Notes: generated by a model not told the origin, from the sequence alone. Positions 1-11,998 are shown, numbered from the stretch's first letter. The stretch is DNA of 64,000 bases from Perkinsela sp. CCAP 1560/9 (GCA_965644495.1 CBFFSA010000001.1:1116001-1180000), one strand, 5' to 3'. Numbers and translations are program-made.

Positions 1-526
1 ACGAATATTAAGTAAACAAAGATTGTAATACTCAATAAAATGCTATTGACAATAGCATTTTGAAAGAAAAAAAGTAGGCGAAAAGGGAATATTTTCGTAC
101 CAACTCTTCCGACTGAATTAAAACGGTTTTTATAGTATTTGAATAAATTCTAATAATTTATTAGAATCTTTCATTACGAAGGAACCGTTATGCAAAGAAA
201 GTTGGCAACACCTTTCAAATCACATTTCGTGCAACAATATGAGCTTCGACTGCAAAGGGTATGATACATTTGAGTGAACTAAATCCCACCATCGACGTAC
301 GAGATGAGCATTCCTTCCTAGAATGTGTAAAAACTCTTCAGCGCTGTGCGAAGGTGAAAGGTGATTGCAATCCCGCAATACAAGCATTTGTAATATTTCT
401 GGACAGTACTAATGAGGAACGATAAAATGTTTTTGTAGGTTTAAGAACTTTTTTCTACTCGTCGGGGAGAAATTTCATTGAAAAAAATATTTGGTACAAA
501 ATATGCCCCTTTGACCAAAAAGTATC

Positions 527-599
527 TTATTCTATTACAAGAAGGTGTATTTATTCTATTACAAGAAGGTGTATTTATTCTATTACAAGAAGGTGTATT
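527..599. repeat. Tandem repeat, 24-bp unit TTATTCTATTACAAGAAGGTGTAT x3
   Basis: Three consecutive identical copies read directly. Confidence 0.9.
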
Positions 600-787
600 T
601 TCATAAAGTCGAATGATAGAACTTATCAATTTATAATTAAGGGGCTGCAGAAATCAGTGGCTCACTTTCCGTACTATCGACAAAACACTACTATATCATC
701 ATGTTTGCAATATCCTTTTTTAATGTACGTTTTTTAGGTTTGAATTATCCTTTAATCTTAAGTTTTCACTCTCCTTGTTGAATTTTT

Positions 788-1552
788 ATGGAGGAATCCT
801 CACCTCCCGTGCATGCCAGTCGCGCTGGTAAGTCCCGACGCTCTCTGATGCATTCTCCGGGGGAGCAGATGTGGACTTTTGTGCGACTTCTGGTCGGCAC
901 TCCCATTTCATGGCACCCTGAGAGGGACATACGGACTTGGAAAGGTGTAAGATGTACCCCGCATGGAGTTGTGGAGGCGCTACATTGGTCTTCTACGAGT
1001 CTATATGGAAAAGAGACAAACTCTCTCCATGGTACCGTCGTGTGGGGCGCCCTACCTCGCTCCGTGCGATACATTAACCTGTGTTCACATTCGCTAAATG
1101 GCATAGTGTCTCCTTGGCAGCTTCCATCTCAGCTGGAATATCTTATGATAGATGGAAACCACTTTTTTGGAACTCTCGATTTCACACAATTACCGACTAA
1201 TTTGCGACATCTCTCCCTCTCAAAAAATAACATACAAGGCTTCATGGACTTGACTTCTCTCCCCGCACCCCTTAGATATTTGGATGCTCATGAAAACAAA
1301 TTCAATGGACCTTTGGAATTGCGCTTTCTTCCTCCTAATTTGGAATACTTGGATGTCAGGCATAACCTGCTTTCGGGATCTCTGAACGTCACTCTGCTTC
1401 CGCCATCACTGGTACATGCGACCTTTTCTGGTAATCAATTTGATCAAGATATCGATTTTGTTCCATCTTTGCATCACCGCTATCTGATCATAATTGCTTT
1501 GATTGTTTGTGTTTTTGCGTTGTTCTCCTGTTTTATTGCCCTTATATACTAG
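788..1552 (+). CDS. Leucine-rich repeat protein (short LRR family) with C-terminal hydrophobic/TM segment
   Basis: WKGVRC N-cap, repeated LPxxLxxLxLxxNxF/LxG units, C-terminal YLIIIALIVCVFALFSCFIALIY. Confidence 0.88.
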   Translation: MEESSPPVHASRAGKSRRSLMHSPGEQMWTFVRLLVGTPISWHPERDIRTWKGVRCTPHGVVEALHWSSTSLYGKETNSLHGTVVWGALPRSVRYINLCSHSLNGIVSPWQLPSQLEYLMIDGNHFFGTLDFTQLPTNLRHLSLSKNNIQGFMDLTSLPAPLRYLDAHENKFNGPLELRFLPPNLEYLDVRHNLLSGSLNVTLLPPSLVHATFSGNQFDQDIDFVPSLHHRYLIIIALIVCVFALFSCFIALIY

Positions 1553-1898
1553 AATTCAGTACTACGACCAAAGTTTGAGTAAAATTTTGAGATGACACAA
1601 TAATTTTTACAATAATTCTTTTTTAAAATAATTTTTACCAGTCGAATAGTTGTAATCAGTCGAGTAGAAATATTACTGAATTTAAGATATCTCTAAAATT
1701 TAGAATGTAATGCTTGACATGAAAAGCTCAACAGCACAAGATGGGGAAGAAAAATCACTCCAACTATACTGTAAACATACAAATTCATTTTAGAAAGTAA
1801 TTCATAAAACAAAATCGTAGATTATGTTGAGCAAGCTGCATACTTTGATGAACAATGTCCTCGATATTCTGCAAGACTGTATTCTTTCTTTTAGATAA

Positions 1899-2924
1899 AT
1901 GATAGATCATTGTTGCTCAATCGAGAGGGTGGTGCGTTTTTTACTTTGGTGCTCACAAATCCTTCTCTTAAGTCACCTTTCCGGGGTCAACCCTGCGGAC
2001 GCTGGTTCTCTAAAGTTTTCTCCCATCCCGAAACCACCAATCGATGTCTTAGAATTCTGTCCTGAGCGCAAGGGTTGGTGCGGAATGCGCTTGCCCCCGG
2101 AACAAACCTTGGACGTCTCCTTGATTGATGAATTCTACCGAGCAGGGTTTCGTGCCTACTGCGAAAGTGCTCGCTCCGGGCGCTGTCGAGAGCTCTTCGT
2201 CCCCCTGTTGCGACGATTCCACCTCATACGTGGCTTCACCCCACTGAGCCGCGAAGAGTTCCGCAGACTTGACATTCGCCAGGTTATTGACCGCGTCGTG
2301 TGGCGGGGGTTGTCCTCCCACAGTATGCCCTCACCCTCCGAAAGCAACGCCTCGGACCCTCGTCCGGGAAATACCTTTCCCCCCGAAACCATGGAGGTGA
2401 AAAGGTTTCCACGACTTCGCTCGAGTGACCGTGTGTGGGTTCCACCCCCGTCGCTGTTCTTCGACGGGATCAATCTCACCTTCGTGTGGGAACACAACCG
2501 CATTCGTCCGTGGTATGAGGTGATGTGGCATGGCACGTGGAAGCTCCCGTACTGCGTGGAGGACAGTGGGGAGGAGATGCAGTGGGTGCTCGGCGAGGCA
2601 GAGGTAAACCGGCGCGTGGGTGAGGATGGGGAAAGTCCCCGTGTGGAGCCTTCCCCCTCCATGAGCACGCGCTCGAGTATGTCATCCAAAGGGAAGGTTT
2701 CCGGGGTGCTTGCTCCTATAGAGGATGACTGGAGAGATGTCCTGGGTCGTTTCTTACTGCGCAAGCGAATTTTTTCAAGTCTTCTGGGGTGTATTCTTTT
2801 ATGCGATGTGGCAATGTTTATATTAGGTCCTGTTATCGGTCCTCCCGCTGTGATAGCAATAGGACTTGTGTTCGCGGTGCCTTTGTTATGGCACTGTTGT
2901 CTAATATGGAAAGATTCTGATTAA
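1899..2924 (+). CDS. Hypothetical membrane protein (N-terminal hydrophobic segment, two C-terminal TM helices)
   Basis: 341-aa ATG ORF on the gene-cluster strand; no family recognised. Confidence 0.65.
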   Translation: MIDHCCSIERVVRFLLWCSQILLLSHLSGVNPADAGSLKFSPIPKPPIDVLEFCPERKGWCGMRLPPEQTLDVSLIDEFYRAGFRAYCESARSGRCRELFVPLLRRFHLIRGFTPLSREEFRRLDIRQVIDRVVWRGLSSHSMPSPSESNASDPRPGNTFPPETMEVKRFPRLRSSDRVWVPPPSLFFDGINLTFVWEHNRIRPWYEVMWHGTWKLPYCVEDSGEEMQWVLGEAEVNRRVGEDGESPRVEPSPSMSTRSSMSSKGKVSGVLAPIEDDWRDVLGRFLLRKRIFSSLLGCILLCDVAMFILGPVIGPPAVIAIGLVFAVPLLWHCCLIWKDSD

Positions 2925-3319
2925 TTCGTTTGCCTTGATGGGTGTGTTGCTTAATATACCGTTACCTTTTTTGGATATTCTGGTCCGCCGCTTCTCAAAA
3001 AAAATCTAAATAGTTTTAATAACCAACCTTGTTTGCCATCTGGATAATACAGTGGCTGTTTTAAGTTTAGAAGGCATATCGATGCGCCCCTCGCGTTGAA
3101 TACCACCTCCGCTTTTGGAGGCGAACTTGCTAAAAGTAATAATAGTTAAAGCAGAGATAGCGCTTAAACTGCGCCGTCTATATTGGCGAAACGGGGTGTT
3201 AAGAGTAGAATTGTTTGCCCTGCGTGTTTGAACCCTTTTTCAAATTCGATAGTATTTTTTTGTAGTTTATTGAATAATTTGATAACTATTTGATGTGCAA
3301 CTAGAGTTTTACAGCGCAT

Positions 3320-3718
3320 ATGATTTATCATGAGCCGATTGAACTGAAAAATAGACTGGAGGCACAAAATAGCGACAGTTTCCTTGAAATTATTAATTCG
3401 ATGTTGACTCAATTTGGGAACCCGCCAGTTCTATCTGTCTTAAGTGGGTTGCGGTTGTTATATTCTTTTGCGATGGGTATACAGGTTTTTCAAGAATTAC
3501 ACGACCACAATTTATCAAAAAATGAAATTTCTAATTTCTTAGAAGACGTCTCACTGCCTGGAAAGTTAACAAATACAAAGCTCCTTACGTCACTTCGATT
3601 AGTTTTGCTACGCCACACTGCCGTGCTGTCTCTTTTACAAATACAAAGCAATCAATTAATAAATGATCTTCATAAATTCAAGAACAACAATTCAGGCGAT
3701 AAAGAGCACAGTAAATAG
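3320..3718 (+). CDS. Hypothetical protein
   Basis: 132-aa ORF on the coding strand, helical-looking; the ORF track starts it at ATG; no family recognised. Confidence 0.35.
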   Translation: MIYHEPIELKNRLEAQNSDSFLEIINSMLTQFGNPPVLSVLSGLRLLYSFAMGIQVFQELHDHNLSKNEISNFLEDVSLPGKLTNTKLLTSLRLVLLRHTAVLSLLQIQSNQLINDLHKFKNNNSGDKEHSK

Positions 3719-3897
3719 CCTTACCTTGTTTAGTTATTCATGTATTACAGGGTCGGCCTATAAGCATCATCATATAAAAACGAGATGCGATTTCTTATCT
3801 GAAATAATTTAATTTGGTACTCTCTTAATGTTAATTAATGTGCTAACAGCTTTTTATCATATGCAGCGCAACTTTCATAAATTTTTCTAACATCACA

Positions 3898-6327
3898 ATG
3901 AACAGCAGCCTTGAGCTTCCATTTACAGGATCTATAGAGCTTTTGCAGGAACGAATGAGAAAGGATCCCGGAAGCTATGCCGAGGAGTATGCACAATATG
4001 TCACACATTTTGAGGCTTTGTTGTCTCTACTAAAGGTAAGTACAGCTTCGGTGCCTGTAGATACCATGATTAGTTCTATTAATATTGTGTTCAACGTTTG
4101 TCGCGAGGTTCATGATGGTGTTCCTAGTCGGTTGCTTCACTTAGTATATGAACTGTTTCACTTTTCTCACCAAACTTCAGCTAGGTTGAACGCCAAATCG
4201 CTTCCTTGTTTGAATCGCTATCCGCCGAAAATTATACAAGCTTTGATGCAAGGAGTGATCTCTTTACGCTCCCGCAAACTGCTTTTATCGAGCGACACAA
4301 TACCTTTCTTTCTCTCGATGCTTTCGGCGCCAGATAAGAATCTTCGTCGCTTACTCATTCGACATCTTGCGAGCGACTTGTGTCGCGGGGATTTGGTTGG
4401 AAACTCTCGCTCCCTGAAAAGCATGCAATGCCACGTGAATGATTTGATTGAAGAAGAGGATCCAGTTTCATCCCGTTATGCATTACTTCTTTTTATTGAT
4501 CTTTATCGTCGCAATCCACGATGGAGAGATGAACTTTCGGTGCATTTTATATCACAGGCCGTATTTTCGAAACACAGTCGGGTCGTGAAAATTGCTCTAT
4601 ATTTTCTTCTACGGCGGTTGCATACCCTTCAGAAAGATATCACAGATGCGGAAAGGAAAGGCGTGCAGACACAGGTAGGCTCCCTGCACCACTCATTTAG
4701 GGTAAGAAAAAAGACGAGAGGTAGGGAGCAGAAACTTAAAAAGTCTGTACAACATGTACTACAACGTGCTGGAGCTTCAAACGATGCGTCTGAGTCGGAG
4801 CAAGACTCCTTTTCTTCTGGGCTGCCTTCTCAGCATGATCCCATCCGAATGTTGCGTGACCCACAAGGATATGCTGAAAAACTTTTCGCCACTTTACGTC
4901 GGACAACGGAACGTTTTGAAGTACGCTTACGTATGATGCAAGTATTATCTCGCATCATATGTGTGCATCGCGTGCTCTTATTTCCGTATTACAGTTATTT
5001 ACAGCGGTACTTAGAACCTTATCAACGTGACGTTACTCTAATACTTACTTTGGCTGTGGAGGCCGTGCACGACGAGATTCCACCGCAGGAACTGCAACCC
5101 TTGTGTCGAACGATTACCAGTCACTTTGTGCACGACAAAGCCACACCAGACTCTATTACAATTGGGATTAACACCCTTCGCGAAATCTGCAAACGACAAC
5201 CATGGTCTATGGAAACTGATGTACTCCACAGTTTACTGGATTATGTTAAGCATCGACAATCACCAGGGGTTGCTTCAGCAGCCCGTTCTTTGCTGCGATT
5301 TTATCGTCAAACTCAACCCGAAATGCTCCCACCCAAGTATCGCAAACGTTCAAAGGAAACAGTGCCAATTTTTCCACCCAAACGATACGGTGAAGCTGCA
5401 CCTTTAGATCAAATTACTGGTTTAGATTTGTTAAATGCGAGTCGAAATAATGCCATTCAAGAACAGAATCTTGTAGAAGATGGACTAGAATATCAATCAA
5501 ACGAAAACGATTCGTTTTTCAACTCAGAATACACTGACCACGAAGAGTCAACCGGTTGTGAACGGGGCAGTGATTCATTTCAAGAAGCAGAGTGCGAGGT
5601 AGTTGATTCCGCTGTTGAGGACAATCCAAACTCCTTCATGACTGAGAGTTGCAGTTTTCAAAGGCCACCCCATGAAATCGAAGAAAAGGGAGTGCTCCAG
5701 GGGGTGAAAACATATGAATGTAGTTCAGTAGCTTCTACTAATACGGATGCTCTACAGCAATCAACGGACTCAATAAATAGCAGTGACAACAGTTCTGCTG
5801 AATACTGGGAATCTGATACCGGATCATTGCCAGATCTAATACCCATTATTGAACAAAACAACGACGAAGTTCCAACTCCAGCTTCTACTGAGTTACTAGA
5901 TGCGCGGGAGGTTTTACTTACTTCCGAGGACTTCTCCAAAATTAAAAAAATTCAAAATACTGCAAAGAAAGGCAAAAATTCAATAGCAAAGCATGTGTTA
6001 ACCATATCTGATTTACAAGCCAATGATAGTGTTGATCCTTCAATCATTGAGAAACACAGCAACAAGCAGCGCACGATCCAATATGAGGAAAAAAAGTCTC
6101 AAATAGAAGAAGAACGAAAAAAACATTCTATAGGCTACAAGAAGAGTTTGCGAAGCGGTTCGCATACTCATGGCGAAAGTCGAAAAAGAAAACTGTTTTC
6201 TATGACGCAGCGTAGCAGCACTGTACGTCGCCGGCAACAGCTTTCTCAAAAGCAAAAAGATAGGCGTCGCGGACAGCAGGCTAAAAAGAATATTAAATTT
6301 CGGATACGGAGGGGCTACAAGGCTTAA
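3898..6327 (+). CDS. SDA1: SDA1, 60S ribosomal subunit biogenesis/export factor
   Basis: LQERMRKDPGSYAEEY N-terminus, DPQGYAEKLF, YLEPYQRDVT, GINTLREICKRQP, VASAARSLL, acidic middle, basic C-terminus. Confidence 0.9.
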   Translation: MNSSLELPFTGSIELLQERMRKDPGSYAEEYAQYVTHFEALLSLLKVSTASVPVDTMISSINIVFNVCREVHDGVPSRLLHLVYELFHFSHQTSARLNAKSLPCLNRYPPKIIQALMQGVISLRSRKLLLSSDTIPFFLSMLSAPDKNLRRLLIRHLASDLCRGDLVGNSRSLKSMQCHVNDLIEEEDPVSSRYALLLFIDLYRRNPRWRDELSVHFISQAVFSKHSRVVKIALYFLLRRLHTLQKDITDAERKGVQTQVGSLHHSFRVRKKTRGREQKLKKSVQHVLQRAGASNDASESEQDSFSSGLPSQHDPIRMLRDPQGYAEKLFATLRRTTERFEVRLRMMQVLSRIICVHRVLLFPYYSYLQRYLEPYQRDVTLILTLAVEAVHDEIPPQELQPLCRTITSHFVHDKATPDSITIGINTLREICKRQPWSMETDVLHSLLDYVKHRQSPGVASAARSLLRFYRQTQPEMLPPKYRKRSKETVPIFPPKRYGEAAPLDQITGLDLLNASRNNAIQEQNLVEDGLEYQSNENDSFFNSEYTDHEESTGCERGSDSFQEAECEVVDSAVEDNPNSFMTESCSFQRPPHEIEEKGVLQGVKTYECSSVASTNTDALQQSTDSINSSDNSSAEYWESDTGSLPDLIPIIEQNNDEVPTPASTELLDAREVLLTSEDFSKIKKIQNTAKKGKNSIAKHVLTISDLQANDSVDPSIIEKHSNKQRTIQYEEKKSQIEEERKKHSIGYKKSLRSGSHTHGESRKRKLFSMTQRSSTVRRRQQLSQKQKDRRRGQQAKKNIKFRIRRGYKA

Positions 6328-6588
6328 ATTTTTTGCGTGTGCGTGGGGTGATCATATAGTTTTTCCTTAATAGTTTTCTCTTAATCTATCTTCCGAATTC
6401 TATGGATTAATATTTATGAGTACTGTAACCACAGTGATAGTAATTAGACCCAGAATTTTACATTCATGTATTATAATACGAAAATGTAGTAATTGGAGGG
6501 GTGTGCTTTTTTTGATCAGTTGTATATTTCTTCCTCAGTACGAAAATTTGAAGCAGCGTCCCTTCTTTTCCATCTTATAGTTATAGCA

Positions 6589-7196
6589 ATGCTTTTTGTA
6601 GGTCTATGCGATCACATGAAAAAACCTTCGAATATTTCTCGTCTCAGCAAAGTCCACAGTAGTTGTCTTCCTGTGGAATACAAATTTTAACGTTTCGTTC
6701 GGAATGTCGAATACCCTGATTCATCATGGAAAAATGAAGTGCCAGCTTCTTCATGGTTCGGCGTTGAAAACAATAGGAATGGTGAGGTCGTAAGGATTAT
6801 ATGGCGCGCTCTTTTTCTTCGAGGGTGCGGTATTTGGTAACAACTACCTTCTACGATAGAAAGTCTTAACCTATTCAGGAACCAACTTAACTGTACGCTT
6901 CCTCTGGAAGTACTTCCAAGAAAGTGACCATGCTAAATTTAGAGGAGAATCAATTTTATGGTCCCTTGCCGTTTAAATTTCTTCCAGCTAGCATGGTATT
7001 CTTAAGTCTTGCCAAAAATTATTGGACTGAGCACGTTGGGTTGAATTCGCTCCCTAAATCTCTAAAACTTCTTTGTTTAAATCGTAATCCAGGTATCCGC
7101 GTAGAGGTGCGCGATTTCAAAGTATCAAAATTTGAAAATATGCGTAGCCTTACGTATTTTGGTCTTCTAATCCCCGGGTTTGTGATTTTCTTTTAA
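6589..7196 (+). pseudogene. LRR-family pseudogene (two in-frame TAA stops, frameshift near 6920)
   Basis: Reads MLFVG...LPVEYKF*RFVRNVEYPDSSW...WFGV...IW*QLPSTIESLNLFRNQL, then shifts frame into VTMLNLEENQFYGPLP. Confidence 0.8.
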
Positions 7197-7308
7197 AAAA
7201 CGTGTCGTACTTTTACGGGCCCCTTACGATACTTTATGAAAGCATTTTTTTAATTATCTCATCAGATTCTGTCTTAAAAATTCTGATTAATTATTTGAGA
7301 TATTTAAA

Positions 7309-8109
7309 ATGCTTTTCCTGCAGTACGTACCAATTCCGAAAGTCGTATTTGTTCGAAATATAGATGATGGCGCCGACTTACGTCCCAGTAAAGTAGGGAG
7401 CGGTATATTGTCACAAGAATCTATGATGGAACAATTCGTCAATCAAGTACATTCCCGTCCATCTTCATGGAACCTACGCAAAAGATCACTTTTCGGTGGA
7501 ACGAAAGAACTCCCGGTATGTAAGTGGGACGGTGTTCGTTGTAATCTAAATGGAAGCATTGTTGAACTCAATTGGAACAAAAATTTGGTGTCTTTTTACG
7601 GAAATTTGACATGGGATTTCCTTCCCCGAACGATCGAGACTGTGCAGTGTAGCCATCATCGGGATAGGCATACAGGTGCAATAGATTTCACGACCCTCCC
7701 TCCTGCCATGGTTTCATTCTTCATCAACAATAATGCTCTTTCAGGTACAGTCGATCTAATGAATCTTCCTCCTGGATTTCGTTTGCTTTCTGCGAACAGC
7801 AATAAATTTTCAGGTGGCATTGTTTTAGACTTTCTTCCTCCTGCGATGAACTTCCTAGCCCTTTCCGGAAATAAATTGGGTGGGTTGCTCAAAATAGGCA
7901 TTCTTTCTCCCAGTCTAAGCAAAATTTATTTGGGAGCAAATGAATTTACTGGTGTACTTGATCTTACCGAATATTGTATGGGGAAATACATTGATCCACC
8001 TCAAATAGATCTTCGAATGAACCTTTTCAGTGGATATGAACCGCAGGGAACTTTGCCTCGCGTAGTGATGTTTCTTCCCCAGAAAGATGACATTTCGAAC
8101 AGTGTTTAG
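7309..8109 (+). CDS. Leucine-rich repeat protein (short LRR family)
   Basis: CKWDGVRC N-cap and LPP-type LRR units; shares WxLxKRS insert with 61620. Confidence 0.9.
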   Translation: MLFLQYVPIPKVVFVRNIDDGADLRPSKVGSGILSQESMMEQFVNQVHSRPSSWNLRKRSLFGGTKELPVCKWDGVRCNLNGSIVELNWNKNLVSFYGNLTWDFLPRTIETVQCSHHRDRHTGAIDFTTLPPAMVSFFINNNALSGTVDLMNLPPGFRLLSANSNKFSGGIVLDFLPPAMNFLALSGNKLGGLLKIGILSPSLSKIYLGANEFTGVLDLTEYCMGKYIDPPQIDLRMNLFSGYEPQGTLPRVVMFLPQKDDISNSV

Positions 8110-8452
8110 AACAGATGTTGTTTCGAACAGTATTTGGGAAGTTATGCGGCTCCAATTAGTGTTAGTCAGTCTCACCATGAGTTCTTTTTTCGACTACGAG
8201 CCATAGAGAGGGCATGAAATTCAAAGGACAATACCACTTGGCGCTATCATCCATAGCAATGTATAACTATGACTAATTTTCTACTTTGTTTTTGCTTATT
8301 GTTTTATATGTATCTTCCACTCATACGATTTATGGTTGTCAATTACAAAGATATCATTTCCTCCTAATAATTATTTACCTTTTCAAATAGAGCTTTAGAA
8401 ACCATTTATTTTACCGTACAGTTTGTAAATCATCACAACAAACGCTCACGGT

Positions 8453-9247
8453 ATGCCTTTCCTGACTCAGTACTTCTATGTCCTGGGCGCGGAAGTCACA
8501 ACCGGACGCGTTGGTAAAATTCGTGGCGCCTCTCTCCCTGTTGAGTATGATTTGGACCGTGTCGTGAGAGGTATTGTGCAAAAAAGACATTCGTCGTGGA
8601 ACACGTCCGTCCCAGGGTGTAAGTGGAGTGGCGTGTACTGCAACGACCAAGGATACGTGCAAGAAATTACATGGAGTTACATGTTACTGACTGGGGAAGT
8701 TAACTTCTCATGTCTACCAAGTAGTCTAAAGCATCTGTCGCTTGCGAACAACATACTTTTCGGTTCCGTCCCGTTCGAATCGCTTCCTCGTGAACTGAGA
8801 GCTTTGTATTTATTGCACAATCGATTTAATGGGGAAATTAACGTTGATCAATGGCCTGAAGAACTCACAGATGTTTATCTTTCGAATAACGAGTTTGTGG
8901 GGCCAGTCGACCTTTCGGCACTTCCGTCCTCGCTTGTTGCACTTGAGCTCAACAATTGTAATTTTTCTGGCACTCTTGACCTGCGTTCACTTCCGCCAAA
9001 AATACAACTCCTCAAACTTTCCGGCAATCGATTCACCGGAAGCATCGATTTGAGTACTTTACCAGAAACGATTATGGAAATAAAGCTATCAAACAACCGT
9101 TTAAGTGGTGCAGTGAATATGACTACTCTTCCTGTTTCTCTTTTCCTACTTGACTTAACGCAGAATCAGTTTTCATCTTTTATTCCAGATATTCAAAGTG
9201 AGGATTTTCACCCAGCACTCACAGATCACCAAATTCTTGAAGAGTAA
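8453..9247 (+). CDS. Leucine-rich repeat protein (short LRR family)
   Basis: GRVGKIRGASLP motif, CKWSGVYC cap, about 7 LRR units. Confidence 0.9.
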   Translation: MPFLTQYFYVLGAEVTTGRVGKIRGASLPVEYDLDRVVRGIVQKRHSSWNTSVPGCKWSGVYCNDQGYVQEITWSYMLLTGEVNFSCLPSSLKHLSLANNILFGSVPFESLPRELRALYLLHNRFNGEINVDQWPEELTDVYLSNNEFVGPVDLSALPSSLVALELNNCNFSGTLDLRSLPPKIQLLKLSGNRFTGSIDLSTLPETIMEIKLSNNRLSGAVNMTTLPVSLFLLDLTQNQFSSFIPDIQSEDFHPALTDHQILEE

Positions 9248-9581
9248 GATAGTAAGCGAAGCAATGTGAAAAAATATAACTTTTGATGTTATCGTAGGTG
9301 TATAAGCCAATCAAAACAGTTTTTGGGGTAAAAGGGATTCTAGGCGCTTGGTATGTCTTATAATGAAAATTTGTTTTTAGTGACATAAGGAGTATGTTTC
9401 TTTGACCAATCGAGTACGCTTTGGCAGCAGATCTGTAAAACGAAATGCACGTACAATTATTTTTATGGTTTTATCGCGAATCATGTTACAATGAAGGGGT
9501 GCAGAATAACTTTGCAAAACACCTGACGTGATGCAATGTTGAGTTATGCGTTGTTGAGTCATAGCCTTACAACGTTTTTGC

Positions 9582-10631
9582 ATGAAAAAGCTATTTTCTG
9601 CTACCATATCAGGTAGGAAGAAAATTTGCATCACAAAGCTGTATTCATGGCTTGGTTTCCTCTTTGGCGTGTTTAGTATCTTTTTTGCTACCATTCTCAT
9701 GTGTCTTGTGCTCTACGTATTTTGGTTTCTAATCTCACCTTCCATATGTGTTCAATCAAGTCACATATCACGTGGTGTGCATTACTTGCTCCTTGGTATT
9801 TTTTCCTACGGAATGCTGATGAGTTACGTTTTTGCTATTTTTACAAACCCCGGAAAAGTAGCTTATGAGTCAGCAACTGGGCATAAAGCACCTATTGTGA
9901 AACTGTCGCAAACATGGGCAAATACTCATTTTTGTACAGAATGTCGTCCAACAGATTTGATTCCCTCTCGAGCTTGGCACTGTTACATTTGTGGGTATTG
10001 TATATCACGCAGAGATCACCACTGTTTTTGGATCAACCAATGCGTCGGGATACTCAATTTTAAGTACTTTATTCTCTTTATAATATATTTATGGACCTTT
10101 ACTACTTATTGCACGATTTTGCTGATGGGGATTTTTCTTGAATGGATGACGTACCACGAACGAGCGTGTGCATCCCATCTTTATCACAAGGTATCAGGTA
10201 GTGTTGTTCTGGCTTCTCCTTTGCTTCGTTTCTGTCTTTTTCTATGTGGGTCAGTATCACTGGCGCTTAGTATTTTTACCGCTTGGCATTTGCATATGTT
10301 ATGCTTGGATAAAACGACTCGAGAATTCTACTACACATCAAACGCTCACGCCTGCGATCTTTTTTTGGGTATTTGGCACAAACTTCCATCTGTGTTTTTT
10401 TCGATAAAAAAGCACAGCGTTTCTAAATCTACGGAGGGATACTCAGTCGCAGAGAAATTTCTCAGCACGGATGAAATTTTAAACAATATTGTTTCAACAC
10501 TTGGAACTTGTCCCAAAGCTGTGGAGCAACCTGGTAAATTTAACCACGCGACGTACATCCTATATTTTTTTCTTTTTCCTTGGCATTTACGTCACAACAC
10601 TCCTTTTGAAAAAGACCTCAAATTTGATTAA
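9582..10631 (+). CDS. DHHC-type palmitoyl acyltransferase
   Basis: CTEC...PSRAWHCYICGYCISRRDHHCFWINQCVGILNFKYF, TTRE motif, four TM segments. Confidence 0.93.
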   Translation: MKKLFSATISGRKKICITKLYSWLGFLFGVFSIFFATILMCLVLYVFWFLISPSICVQSSHISRGVHYLLLGIFSYGMLMSYVFAIFTNPGKVAYESATGHKAPIVKLSQTWANTHFCTECRPTDLIPSRAWHCYICGYCISRRDHHCFWINQCVGILNFKYFILFIIYLWTFTTYCTILLMGIFLEWMTYHERACASHLYHKVSGSVVLASPLLRFCLFLCGSVSLALSIFTAWHLHMLCLDKTTREFYYTSNAHACDLFLGIWHKLPSVFFSIKKHSVSKSTEGYSVAEKFLSTDEILNNIVSTLGTCPKAVEQPGKFNHATYILYFFLFPWHLRHNTPFEKDLKFD

Positions 10632-10795
10632 CTCGTTGTCCAATACTTTATCCGCCTTTTTTCTTCCTTTTTTAAAACCGGACAATTATTTTCTCACCTA
10701 CATTCGTTCATCTCTACACTCATTTTTTCACTACGCCTCAACAACCATTTTCTAGGGCCCATAACTTTCTTCCCCCCGCCCCCTCCTTTTTCTCC

Positions 10796-11749
10796 ATGTT
10801 TGACATCCAGGAAATCATCGAGGCCCTGCGACGCGCCGAGGTGATTCCGGAGAAATCCGTCTACGAGCTCTGCTTCCGCGCTCGTGACCTCTTCATGGAG
10901 GAGAACAACGTCGAGGTGGTCTACGCCCCCGTCACGCTCTGCGGCGACCTCCACGGGCAGTTCTACGACCTCCTGGAGCTCTTCCGTCACGGCGGGCAGG
11001 TCCCCGAGACGAACTACGTCTTTATGGGGGATTTCGTCGACCGCGGGTTTAACAGCGTCGAGACGTTTCTGTTTCTCCTCGCGCTAAAGGTACGGTGGCC
11101 GGACCGGGTGACGCTCCTCCGGGGGAACCACGAGAGTCGACAAGTCACCCAGGTCTACGGGTTCTATGATGAGTGTCTGCGGAAGTACGGCAGCGTGAAT
11201 GTGTGGCGCACCTGTACGGAGCTGTTCGACTACCTCCCGTTGTGTGCGGTGGTGGAGCAGCGGGTGTTTTGTGTACACGGGGGGCTGAGCCCCGCGCTGT
11301 CGACGCTGGACCAGATTCGGTGTATTGACCGCAGGCAGGAGATCCCGGCGGAGGGCGCGATGGCGGACTTGTTGTGGTCCGACCCGGAGGAGGGGATCTC
11401 GGGGTGGGGATTTTCACCCCGTGGGGCGGGGTACGTTTTCGGCGCCGATGTCGTGCGGGAGTTTCTAGCCCGCAACACGCTCTCCCTGGTCGCTCGAGCG
11501 CACCAGCTTGTGATGGAAGGCTACAAGAGCTGGTTCGGGGGCACCCTGGTCACGGTGTGGAGTGCCCCGAATTATGTCTACCGCTGCGGTAACGTGGCGT
11601 CGATGTTAACCATACACTCGGATGATGTAGAGGGAACCTCTCCGGGGGGATGCATCGAGCCGTATACCTCTGTGAAATATTTCGAGGCGTGTCCCGCCGA
11701 GCACCGTGGGATATGTGCTAAACAACCGCCCTGTGAATACTTTTTGTGA
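10796..11749 (+). CDS. PPP4C: Ser/Thr protein phosphatase, PP4 catalytic subunit (PP2A/PP4/PP6 family)
   Basis: GDLHGQ, GDFVDRG, RGNHE, SAPNY motifs; ETNY and RKYGSV residues and ...EYFL tail best fit PP4. Confidence 0.88.
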   Translation: MFDIQEIIEALRRAEVIPEKSVYELCFRARDLFMEENNVEVVYAPVTLCGDLHGQFYDLLELFRHGGQVPETNYVFMGDFVDRGFNSVETFLFLLALKVRWPDRVTLLRGNHESRQVTQVYGFYDECLRKYGSVNVWRTCTELFDYLPLCAVVEQRVFCVHGGLSPALSTLDQIRCIDRRQEIPAEGAMADLLWSDPEEGISGWGFSPRGAGYVFGADVVREFLARNTLSLVARAHQLVMEGYKSWFGGTLVTVWSAPNYVYRCGNVASMLTIHSDDVEGTSPGGCIEPYTSVKYFEACPAEHRGICAKQPPCEYFL

Positions 11750-11998
11750 AGAGATACAGGTAGCAACGGGGTGCTATCTCATGGCACTGGTCATTTGAGA
11801 TAAGCTCCTCAAATCTCAAGTAGCATAGAGATAGTATTATGAACGAACATAGAGTACAAATCACGTGCATCAAAAAAAGTACGCGGTGTATTTGGCACTT
11901 AATCACGATGAAATCATGAATTTCTGGTCACAATATATTGAGACTCACTTTTTTGCTTCAACTTATTAATTTTGTACTAATTTATTACAGCTTTGATA

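Noticed and set aside
441-629. 62-aa ORF with NTPSCNRI repeats
   Set aside because: Translation of the 24-bp tandem repeat on the non-coding strand.
6688-6840. Two in-frame TAA codons at positions where paralogs often have Glu/Asp, suggesting Blastocrithidia-like stop reassignment
   Set aside because: The same gene also has a frameshift, and all long conserved genes (MSH5, SDA1, PARN) lack internal stops and end normally; a pseudogene is simpler.
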